Positions 1-7,706 of a DNA stretch of 64,000 nucleotides are shown one piece after another. The notes beneath the pieces are model-generated. The model worked only from the letters and a program-made list of their open reading frames with translations. It made no database searches and was not told the DNA's origin. The position numbers and the translations under genes were made by a program. The DNA is taken from assembly GCA_963796105.1 (NCBI GenBank), contig CAWCKJ010000002.1:160001-224000 (forward strand). The letters are read 5' to 3'. The DNA is from a candidate division FCPU426 bacterium (GTDB lineage Bacteria; Oederibacteriota; Muellerivitia; Muellerivitales; Muellerivitaceae). Numbering within the stretch: the first letter of the stretch is position 1; each line of letters starts with the position of its first letter.

Positions 1-2
1 TT

Positions 3-92
3 TCGGCGGTTGGGAACCAATGGACCAGGATCAAGAAGAGGATGCCGGTGGACCGGGAATTCGCCAAAAAAGTGCTAAAGTGTAAAATGTAG
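3..92 (+). CDS. 3' end of an upstream CDS truncated by the window edge
   Basis: Open frame from 3 (SAVGNQWTRIKKRMPVDREFAKKVLKCKM*) ends TAG at 90-92, same strand as the following gene. Confidence 0.5.
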   Translation, partial: SAVGNQWTRIKKRMPVDREFAKKVLKCKM

Positions 93-135
93 GCCTGACC
101 CCATTGTGGTGTGGGGGGAATGGAGGTTTAAATTG

Positions 136-873
136 ATGGATTTAATCAAGGGGGCGGTGAGGCGCTTGGCGGGGCTTTTCGGGCTGGAGGTCAGGCTCGC
201 GCCGACCAGGACCGGGGAATACGGGAACGTGTTCGCCCGCGCGATCTACAATCCCTGGAACCTGGACAAGGCCTTCCAGGAGGTTTACGCCTCCCTGGGG
301 CCCGCCACGGTGGTGGACGAGTACTGCTGTTACGAGCTCTGGAAGCTGGTGGAGCAAAGCGCGAAGCTGAGGGAGGGGTGCCTCATCGAGGCCGGGGTCT
401 GGCGCGGGGGGTCCGCCGCCCTCATCGCCCGGCAGGCCAGGAATTGCGGGATCAAGGACAAGGTCTATCTCTGCGACAACTTCAAGGGGGCGGTCAAGAC
501 AGGGGAAAAGGACACCTATTACAAGGGCGGGGAATTCACCGCCAACAGGCTGGAGCCGGAGGAACTGATCTTCAAAAAGATGGGGTTGGACAACGCCGAG
601 ATACTGGAGGGCATCTTCCCCGAGGAGACGGGGCACAGGGTCAAGGACCTGAAATTCCGGTTCTGCCACATCGACATCGGGGTTTACCAGGCGGAGAAGG
701 ACATCGCGGACTGGATCTGGGAAAGGATGGTTCCCGGGGGGATGGTGGTCTTCGGCTGTTACGGCTTCAAGGGGTGCGAGGGGACCACGAGGTACGTGAA
801 CGAGCGGATGGACAGGCCGGACAGGCTGGTGATCCAGAACCTCAACGGCCATGCGATATTCGTGAAGATTTGA
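136..873 (+). CDS. TylF/MycF/NovP-family O-methyltransferase (possibly degenerate)
   Basis: EAGVWRGGS SAM-binding motif, YLCDNFKG, GIFPEET, FCHID, MVPGGMVVF; GGAGG RBS before ATG 136. Confidence 0.8.
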   Translation: MDLIKGAVRRLAGLFGLEVRLAPTRTGEYGNVFARAIYNPWNLDKAFQEVYASLGPATVVDEYCCYELWKLVEQSAKLREGCLIEAGVWRGGSAALIARQARNCGIKDKVYLCDNFKGAVKTGEKDTYYKGGEFTANRLEPEELIFKKMGLDNAEILEGIFPEETGHRVKDLKFRFCHIDIGVYQAEKDIADWIWERMVPGGMVVFGCYGFKGCEGTTRYVNERMDRPDRLVIQNLNGHAIFVKI

Positions 874-907
874 TAAGGAAAATTAAAACTTAAACAACTT
901 CAATTTC

Positions 908-1139
908 ACCACAGGTTTCTTCGAAACCACATGCCGAACCTCATTTAAGCATTCAATGAAAGTTCGGTACAGATTTACTATAAATCTGCCCCTGCAATCC
1001 TCTCACTCGGCTGGTAGCCTCATGCGGCCTGTATAGCACCGATTTCTTTAACTGCTTTATGGTGAATCGGCGCAGAGTACACGGTAAAACATTCTCTTGG
1101 GTACAGCTAAAACATCAAAACAACTACGTCATCTCACCA
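908..1139. repeat. 232-bp multi-hairpin element, copy 1
   Basis: Near-identical to 1246-1477 (4 differences by eye) and similar to 4504-4736. Confidence 0.95.
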
Positions 1140-1245
1140 CATGCCAGCCCGCCATAAAACTAATAGGGTGGCTGGTATCATACCAATCTCCACATATGCT
1201 TAAAGGAAGATTGGCACAGGGACTCAGCTACTTCAACAACATTTA

Positions 1246-1477
1246 ACCACAGGTTCCTGCGGAACCACATGCCGAACCTCATTTAAGCATTCAATGAAAG
1301 TTCGGTACAGATTTACTATAAATCTGCCCCTGCAATCCTCTCACTCGGCTGGTAGCCTCATGCGGCCTGTATAGCACCGATTTCTTTAACCGCTTTATGG
1401 TGAATCGGCGCAGAGTACACGGTAAAACATTCTCTTGGGTACAGCTAAAACATCAAAACAACTACGTCATCTCACCA
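1246..1477. repeat. 232-bp multi-hairpin element, copy 2
   Basis: Direct repeat of 908-1139 at offset 338. Confidence 0.95.
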
Positions 1478-1642
1478 TCCCACTATGCTCTATGAGCTTC
1501 GATGGACAGGCAGCTTCAGATCGTGACAAGAGCATGGCTCTTGCGCCCTGCGGTCTTTATGGCGCATCCAAAGGCCTCGGAAAAATGGATTTTCCCGAAG
1601 GCCGTCGGTTACGCCATAGTACACGATCTATACATAACCTCT

Positions 1643-1768
1643 AACCTCTGAAAAAGTCGGCCATCGCCTCCTTTTTCAGAAAACAAATTATGGAAACCCC
1701 ACGATTTCCTGCGGAAATCTTTGGGGTCGAAACCTCTGTTGGCCGCTTTTAATAGTTTTTCAGAGGTT
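1643..1768. mobile_element. MITE-like element with 13-bp terminal inverted repeats
   Basis: AACCTCTGAAAAA (1643-1655) ... TTTTTCAGAGGTT (1756-1768); internal hairpin GATTTCC-TGC-GGAAATC; no ORF. Confidence 0.6.
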
Positions 1769-1789
1769 TCAACCTTTTAAATCTTCTAC

Positions 1790-2003
1790 TGTGATGCGTT
1801 AGCACTGTGGTTCCCGTAGGAACCTGTACCGATCATCCATAAAAATTTAGAGAGATCGGCACTATACCAGCCCCCATATCAGCCTTATGGAAGGCTGGCA
1901 TGTGGTTAATCTGTTTATCCCCTGCATCCCCTGAATCCCAGCTAAGATACTTTTTTTTCCTGTGTTGCGTTAGCACTGTGGTTCTGTAAGAACCCGTGGT
2001 GAA
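1790..2003. repeat. Inverted cluster of the same hairpin modules
   Basis: TGCGTTAGCACTGTGGTTC occurs twice (~1796, ~1966); GGTTYY/RRAACC hairpins at 1809-1824 and 1980-1994; TACC..GGCA palindromes at 1827-1861 and 1865-1900. Confidence 0.85.
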
Positions 2004-2095
2004 TCCGGGCATTGGCGGAAACCTTTGTTCCCCCAGTGGAAAGTTGTACAATGATTTTGATGGTTTTGGTGGTTGAAAATCGGAAAGGGGAAGCC

Positions 2096-2302
2096 ATGCG
2101 ACAAGTTCTTATTTACCCAGGAGAAGACGGTTATTGGGTGGCTGAATGTCCCAGCCTTCCGGGCTGTATTAGCCAAGGAAAGACACGGGAAAAAGCGATT
2201 CAAAACATCAAGGAAGCCATTGAAGGTTATATCGCCTCATTGAAAGACGACCATATCAGCATTCCCAAGGAACATTTCGAGGCCATGTTAGTAGCCATAT
2301 GA
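2096..2302 (+). CDS. hicB: HicB-family antitoxin (short, no DNA-binding domain)
   Basis: EDGYWVAECPSLPGCISQGKTREKAIQNIKEAI signature. Confidence 0.9.
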   Translation: MRQVLIYPGEDGYWVAECPSLPGCISQGKTREKAIQNIKEAIEGYIASLKDDHISIPKEHFEAMLVAI

Positions 2303-2520
2303 GTAAACTCCCCCGTTTATCGGGAAGGGAATGCGTTCAGGCACTTTCCAAAGTCGGCTATGTTTTTGTCCGGCAACATTCTTCCCATATCATCCTCCGC
2401 CGTAAAGAACCCTTTTCACAATTGACAGTGCCGGACCACAAGGAATTGGACCGAGGCACACTCCGCGCGATCATCCGGCAAGCTGGTTTGCAGGTGGAGG
2501 GTTTTACAAAATTATCATAA
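2299..2520 (+). CDS. hicA: HicA-family mRNA interferase toxin
   Basis: RQHSSHIIL...TVPDHKELDRGTLRAIIRQAG; ATGA overlap with hicB. Confidence 0.9.
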   Translation: MSKLPRLSGRECVQALSKVGYVFVRQHSSHIILRRKEPFSQLTVPDHKELDRGTLRAIIRQAGLQVEGFTKLS

Positions 2521-2647
2521 AAACCGTGTCTTAAAATCTGCTTCTTCGCCGCCAACCTGCCTTGATTAGTTCTGCGGACTATCGATTGCACTGCCACTCG
2601 AAGCGTTGGGTGCGGACTGCTTTATACAAGTTTTGGTTTGGAGATGA

Positions 2648-3964
2648 ATGAATAAGGCCCAAAACACCGCCGCGGGGTTCCTTGTAAAGTCCCTCGCGAG
2701 CCTGCTATCCAAGAAGCAGATGCTCAACAAGGCCGCCCTGATGACGGGGGCCAAGGTCCTGGGCATGGGCATCGGGGCGGCGGGAACCATCTACGCGGCC
2801 AGGTGCCTGGGGCCCCGCAGCCTGGGACTGTCGGGAATGGTCCAGAACATCGCGGGGCAGGGCATGCTCGCCACGGAATTCATCTCCACCACGGTCCTGA
2901 TCCGCGAGTACAAGAACGCCAGGGACGCCGGGGACAGGGACAGGATCGTCCAGGCCGCCAACGGCTTTTGGCTCCTGCCGGGCCTGGTTTTCTCGGTCCT
3001 GGCGGCGTTGTTCTTGATCCTCAAATGGGTCCCAGGCGATTACCAGACCGCCGGCTGGTTTTTCATTCCCTTGATCCTCCTGAGTTCCGTCCAGCCGGAT
3101 TGGATCTTCCAGGCGGAGGAGAAACAGCAACACCAGTCGCTTTTCGCGCTCATCCAGCCCCTGCTGATGACGGGCCTCTACCTCATCTGGTTCAAGCCGG
3201 GCGCGCAGGCCAGCGCCGATTTGTTCGTGAAATCCTCGGCGGCGGCGGTGATGTTCTTTGTTTACTGGCGGGGAATTTTCAAGCTTAGCTCCCTCAAGGG
3301 GTTCTTCATCCGGATCGATTTTTTCAGGGACATGAGGGACCTGGTCCTGAAATCCCGCTGGCTTTTCATTTCAGCAATCGCCGTTTACGTCTACAGCACC
3401 CTGGAACAGCCCCTTTTGGGCTGGCTTTTCTCGGTGGAGGAGCTCGGGAAATACCGCACAGCCTCCTCCGCGACGAACGCGGCCTGCTCCTTTTTCAACC
3501 TGATCCCCCTCATCCTTTACCCGAGGTTCATCGAGTGGCGGAAAAGGGGGGAAGAGGTCCTTTGGGTGAGGCAGTTGAAGCTCACGGCGCTTTTCTCGGC
3601 GGGCGGGGGCATCCTGGCCCTGGGAGGGTTTTGGCTGATCCCGCTTCTTTACCCCTACGTCTTCGGGCCTTCCTTCGCGGGAGCGGCGGTGCCCTGCGCC
3701 CTGCTGCTTCTATCGGAAATCATCGTGGTCATCAGCGGGCTCTTCAGCTGGGGCTTGTTGACGGACCACACCTACGACAAATTCGTGTCCTCCACCCTGA
3801 TCGGCACGGCGGTTTTCTCCCTCGCGACGAACCTTTTGTTCATCCCGAGGTTCGGGATGATGGGGGCGGCGCTGGTGCATTTGGCGAGCGAGATTCTGAT
3901 ATTGGGGGTGTTCTTCGGGCTGGCTTACAGGAGAATCGGGAACATTAGGAAGAAACAGGTTTGA
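2648..3964 (+). CDS. Wzx-like oligosaccharide flippase (MOP superfamily)
   Basis: About 12 hydrophobic segments, ARCLGP, LGKYRTA, NLLFIPRFGMMGAA; glycan-locus context. Confidence 0.85.
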   Translation: MNKAQNTAAGFLVKSLASLLSKKQMLNKAALMTGAKVLGMGIGAAGTIYAARCLGPRSLGLSGMVQNIAGQGMLATEFISTTVLIREYKNARDAGDRDRIVQAANGFWLLPGLVFSVLAALFLILKWVPGDYQTAGWFFIPLILLSSVQPDWIFQAEEKQQHQSLFALIQPLLMTGLYLIWFKPGAQASADLFVKSSAAAVMFFVYWRGIFKLSSLKGFFIRIDFFRDMRDLVLKSRWLFISAIAVYVYSTLEQPLLGWLFSVEELGKYRTASSATNAACSFFNLIPLILYPRFIEWRKRGEEVLWVRQLKLTALFSAGGGILALGGFWLIPLLYPYVFGPSFAGAAVPCALLLLSEIIVVISGLFSWGLLTDHTYDKFVSSTLIGTAVFSLATNLLFIPRFGMMGAALVHLASEILILGVFFGLAYRRIGNIRKKQV

Positions 3965-3971
3965 AGAAATT

Positions 3972-4213
3972 CTTTTCTTTTTTTGTCCCCATCATTCAAA
4001 CCCTCATTTAAACAATGGGGTTTCGTTATAAAATGTATTTATTGCTGGCTCGCTCCACACATTCCCCTGTGGGTTTCTAGTTATCTGAACTTGCGAATTT
4101 CCTTTTAATATTCCTAGCGATAAGGCCTAGAGGGCTCCCCTTACGCTTATATGAGTTGATCCTTTATGCCGCTTGGGTGGGGTTTTCATGAAGGGGACGG
4201 GGTTTTTTAAAAC
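3972..4213. repeat. ~245-nt structured intergenic element, copy A (candidate ncRNA or non-autonomous element)
   Basis: Colinear with 7707-7952; invariant 29-mer TCGCTCCACACATTCCCCTGTGGGTTTCT; conserved stems. Confidence 0.85.
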
Positions 4214-4240
4214 AAAAGCAAACCTTACCTTGCGGCCTAC

Positions 4241-4315
4241 GAGACTTTGATACTGGGGGGGGTGTTCTTCGGGCTGGCTTACAGGAGAATCGGGAAAATA
4301 CGTAGAAAAATATAA
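4241..4315 (+). pseudogene. Orphan second copy of the flippase 3' end
   Basis: Encodes ETLILGGVFFGLAYRRIGKIRRKI* versus gene EILILGVFFGLAYRRIGNIRKKQV*; GGGGGTGTTCTTCGGGCTGGCTTACAGGAGAATCGGGAA is identical. Confidence 0.85.
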
Positions 4316-4345
4316 TTTTGAATTGAAGGAAAAAACCACATATCA

Positions 4346-4850
4346 ACACAGGTTCTTTCAGAACCACAGCAACAACCTTGATTTAATACGGCTAAAAAAT
4401 ATCAAAAGCAACAACTTCAACATTTAACCACAGGTTCTTTCAGAACCACAGTAACATCCTCAATTTGGTACGGCTAAAAACATCAAAACAACAACATCAT
4501 CTCACCACAGGTTTCTTCGAAACCACATGCCGAACCTCATTTAAGCATTCAATGAAAGTTCGGTACAGATTTACTATAAATCTGCCCCGGCAATTCTCTC
4601 ACTCGGCTGGTAGCCTCATGCGGCCTGTATAGCACCGATTTCCTTAACCGATTTATGGAAAATCGGCGCAGAGACTCAGCTAAAACATTCTATGGGTTGC
4701 GGCTAAAAACATCAAAACAACAACATCATCTCACCACGGGTTCCCGCGGAACCACAGCAACAACCTCGATTTAAAACGGCTAAAAAATATCAAAAGCAAC
4801 AACTACAGATAACCCCTTACCAAGGCACGGGTTTCTTCGAAACCACAGTA
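4346..4850. repeat. Tandem array of five GGTTYY-NNN-RRAACC hairpin units with A/C-rich linkers; includes copy 3 of the 232-bp element (4504-4736)
   Basis: Hairpins at 4351, 4433, 4510, 4739 and 4830; recurring GGCTAAAAA(C/AT)ATCAAAA(G)CAACAAC linker. Confidence 0.9.
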
Positions 4851-4914
4851 AGACAAACATATTCCGGTTTACCACAGGGTTTTTTTAACGCAAATGCAAA
4901 CCGGCATTTAAAAT

Positions 4915-5205
4915 TTATTTTGATTTTGGGGATAAATCCATGGCGCCGTGGACAACAGCCAAGACATCTATTTGATCGGATTTAATCCGGTAAAAAATGC
5001 GGTAGGGGCCTTCTATGACTTCTCGTATTTGATCCGCGTCAAACTCCGGTACTCTGCGGCCGGATGTGGGAAAATCGGCAATTTGTTTGGACCTGCCGGT
5101 AAGGCGATCGACCATCCGTTTAGCGTAATCCGCTGAATCCCGAGCGATATGGGCGTGGAGCGCGTTGAGATGGTCTTCAGCCGAGTGAGTCCAACGGACC
5201 CTCAT
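4915..5205 (-). CDS. RelE/ParE-family toxin
   Basis: MRVRWTHSAEDHL...FPTSGRRVPE...IREVIEGPYRIFYRI...VLAVVHG. Confidence 0.9.
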   Translation of the reverse strand: MRVRWTHSAEDHLNALHAHIARDSADYAKRMVDRLTGRSKQIADFPTSGRRVPEFDADQIREVIEGPYRIFYRIKSDQIDVLAVVHGAMDLSPKSK

Positions 5206-5390
5206 CCAGGAAGACCGTATTTGGCCCGGATATCTCCTACGTCTTTAGTAAGACCAGCTTCGCTATCGGAAAGCCCCCGCTCAATGGCTTCCAAGACATA
5301 GATCTTGTGCATTAAATCATCCCATGTGGCGTTTGAGGGCATTTGGTCAATCAGTTTGTGAGCCTCTTCTTTTTTCATGATCTTGGACAT
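5202..5390 (-). CDS. Cognate antitoxin of the RelE/ParE toxin
   Basis: 62 aa, KLIDQMPSNATWDDLMHKIYVLEAIERGL; GGGAGG RBS; ATGA overlap with toxin. Confidence 0.8.
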   Translation of the reverse strand: MSKIMKKEEAHKLIDQMPSNATWDDLMHKIYVLEAIERGLSDSEAGLTKDVGDIRAKYGLPG

Positions 5391-5508
5391 GGGTTGCCTC
5401 CCGCTTTCATAATGTAGTTTATCAAGATGAAATACCCAAATCAATTCGGGCTGAAATGATTGAAAAGGCCAATCCCCGCGTTTAAAACTATAAATCGAGA
5501 AACAGGAA

Positions 5509-6324
5509 TTACGCGAATAGTCTCAAGAGAAGCCTGACGAATTTCCCGAGGGCCTGGTAGCCAGGCAGGGCATTCAAGCGCAGGCAGAAGCCGCTGGTTT
5601 TCACCCGGTACTCGAGAAGGCTGGTCCAGGAGAAAACCATGATCCTTCGGATCTCCAACAAGTCCTTCGCGAAGAGGACCGGGCCGCTGTCCACCGCCAC
5701 GCCGAAGGAAAAACCTTCCCGGGCCGCGGCCGCCTTGATTCCGGAATTCACCGCCCCATAGGGATAGGCGAAGGAAACCACTGGTATTTTGAGGAAGGAC
5801 TCCAGCGCTTTTTTGGAGCCGCCGATCTCCTTACGAATTTCCCCCGGGCTTAACGCCGTCAAATCCGAGTGGCTCATGGAATGGGCGCCGAATTCCACCA
5901 GCCCGCTCCTGAGCATCTCCTTGATCTGGGAAGGTTTCAGGAGGGAAGCCTCTGGGTAGCCATCTTTCAGGTCCCAGAAATTGTTCCTGGGGCGCCTGTT
6001 ACCGAGGAGGTAAAGCACGGCCTTCATCCGGTACTTTCCCAGCAGGGGGAATAAATAATGATAAAGGTCCTCATAACCGTCATCGAAGGTGAGGATGACG
6101 GGTTTCCTGGGGAGGGGGCGGCCCAGGAGATCCATGAAGCCGATGGACACGAAGCCATGGCTCCTCAGGTAACACAACTGCCGGTCCATGGCGGACTGGG
6201 AAACATGCAGGTTGAATCCAGTAGGGGGAGGTTCCTCCGCCGCCACGCGGTGGTACATCAGCACCGGAAGCTCGCGGACGCGGGAAAGGTTGTCTTTCAA
6301 TATTTCCGGATTGGGTTTAAACAA
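5509..6324 (-). CDS. Polysaccharide deacetylase (CE4)
   Basis: PVLMYHRV, LTFDDGY, GAHSMSH, FAYPYG motifs. Confidence 0.9.
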   Translation of the reverse strand: MFKPNPEILKDNLSRVRELPVLMYHRVAAEEPPPTGFNLHVSQSAMDRQLCYLRSHGFVSIGFMDLLGRPLPRKPVILTFDDGYEDLYHYLFPLLGKYRMKAVLYLLGNRRPRNNFWDLKDGYPEASLLKPSQIKEMLRSGLVEFGAHSMSHSDLTALSPGEIRKEIGGSKKALESFLKIPVVSFAYPYGAVNSGIKAAAAREGFSFGVAVDSGPVLFAKDLLEIRRIMVFSWTSLLEYRVKTSGFCLRLNALPGYQALGKFVRLLLRLFA

Positions 6325-6460
6325 GGAATACCTTCGCGCGGGGATAACGGCTTTGTGTATTATATAGCGGCTTTTGCCGAAGAAATGATAGCCGCCGCGA
6401 GGAATTTTTGAGAAAAGAAACCCACTCCTATTTCCAGGGACACTTGAGAGGACGCCGGCC

Positions 6461-7663
6461 GTGAAAATCCTCGTGGTCCACGATTTTTACAGCTCCATCA
6501 GCCCCTCCGGGGAAAACGGGGTCGTCCTGGCCGAGATCAAACTGCTGAAATCCCGGGGCCACAAGGTTGAATTGTTCGCGCGCGCCAACGACGGCCTCAG
6601 GGTCATGGGAACCAGGGGCTTGATCCTGGGGGGCCTTTCCACGCCCTGGAACCCCTGGGCGGCCTCCGCCCTCCAGGAGAAGGTCCGGGATTTCCGGCCG
6701 GATGTTGTCCATGTCCACAACACTTTCCCCCTTTTGTCCTCGGCGGTCTTCCACGCGATTGGAAAAAGCGCCGCGAGGGTCCTGACCCTCCACAACTTCC
6801 GGCTTTTCTGCCCCAACGCGATCCCACTGCGGGACGGCGGTATCTGCACCGAATGCCTGGACCGGCGCTCGGTCTGGCCCTCTTTGAAATACGGGTGCTA
6901 CCGCGGGAGCCGGATCGGGACCGTCCCGCTGGCGCTCAGCGTCGCCCTGCACCGCTTGATCGGCACCTGGAAAAACCAAGTGGAGGTTTTCATCGCCCTG
7001 ACGGAATTCCAGAGGCGCAAGATGATCCAGGCGGGCCTGCCGGGGGAAAAGGTTCATTTGAAGGCGAATTTTTTCCCGGGCAATCCGAGGCCCATGCCCT
7101 GGGCCAAGAGGAATTCCGGCGCGGTTTTCGTGGGGAGGCTCAGCCAGGAGAAGGGGCTGGAAACCCTCACTCGGGCCTGGGCCCTTTGGGGAAAGGATGC
7201 CCCCGAGCTGCGGGTGGTGGGAAGCGGGCCCCTGAGAAAAAAATTGGAGCAGGCGGCCAAGGGTCTGCCAATCAGGTTCCTGGGGCAGTTGAGCTTGAAA
7301 GAAACACACCGGCAGATCGCGGGGGCCAAGATCCTGATCCTGCCCTCGGAATGGTTCGAGGCTTTCCCGATGGTGTTGGCGGAATCCTTCGCCTTCGGAA
7401 CGCCGGCTGCTGTGTCGGATATCGGGGGGCTTTCCACGATCATCCAGGATGGGAAAAACGGGCTGGTGTTCAAGCCGGGGGACAGCGACTCCCTGGCCGG
7501 GGTCCTCCGGAAAGGCTGGAACAAGCCGGGCTTGCTGGAAAGGCTGGGGGAGGGGGCCAGGAAATCCTTCGAGGAGTCCTACACCATGGAGGCCAACTAC
7601 CGGCAGCTCATCGCTATTTATGAGAAAGCTGTCGGAGCGGGACGGGCCCAAGAAAACGGTTGA
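6461..7663 (+). CDS. Glycosyltransferase family 4
   Basis: PDVVHVHN, TLHNFRLFC, VGRLSQEKG, WFEAFPMVLAESF. Confidence 0.9.
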   Translation: MKILVVHDFYSSISPSGENGVVLAEIKLLKSRGHKVELFARANDGLRVMGTRGLILGGLSTPWNPWAASALQEKVRDFRPDVVHVHNTFPLLSSAVFHAIGKSAARVLTLHNFRLFCPNAIPLRDGGICTECLDRRSVWPSLKYGCYRGSRIGTVPLALSVALHRLIGTWKNQVEVFIALTEFQRRKMIQAGLPGEKVHLKANFFPGNPRPMPWAKRNSGAVFVGRLSQEKGLETLTRAWALWGKDAPELRVVGSGPLRKKLEQAAKGLPIRFLGQLSLKETHRQIAGAKILILPSEWFEAFPMVLAESFAFGTPAAVSDIGGLSTIIQDGKNGLVFKPGDSDSLAGVLRKGWNKPGLLERLGEGARKSFEESYTMEANYRQLIAIYEKAVGAGRAQENG

Positions 7664-7706
7664 TTCCATCTTCCCGCACTTTAGATAAGCAACCCACCAG
7701 CAAGAG

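Noticed and set aside
1630..1980. Integron attC sites (TAAC...GCGTTAGC)
   Set aside because: No L-box pairing with extrahelical bases could be built, the sites do not directly follow ORFs, and there is no integrase.
1435..2203. Short ORFs within the hairpin cluster
   Set aside because: They have no RBS or recognisable motifs and run through repeat modules.
2521..2636. Degenerate MITE between hicA and the flippase
   Set aside because: Terminal repeats (AAACCGTGTCTTAAA / TTTATACAAGTTT) are too imperfect and single-copy to support.
3972..4213. Hammerhead ribozyme or known riboswitch
   Set aside because: CGAAAC on the minus strand is not conserved in copy B, there is no CUGANGA core, and no riboswitch consensus was recognised.
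3890..4315. DGR variable/template repeat pair
   Set aside because: Mismatches include C/T changes and an indel rather than adenine-specific substitutions, and there is no reverse transcriptase in the window.
4346..4850. CRISPR array
   Set aside because: Repeats vary in sequence, the 'spacers' resemble each other and differ greatly in length, and no cas genes are present.
6428..7669. Long antisense ORFs over GC-rich genes (also 142-852, 7843-8553, 59527-60645)
   Set aside because: They mirror well-supported genes on the opposite strand, as expected from high GC3 codon bias, and carry no motifs.
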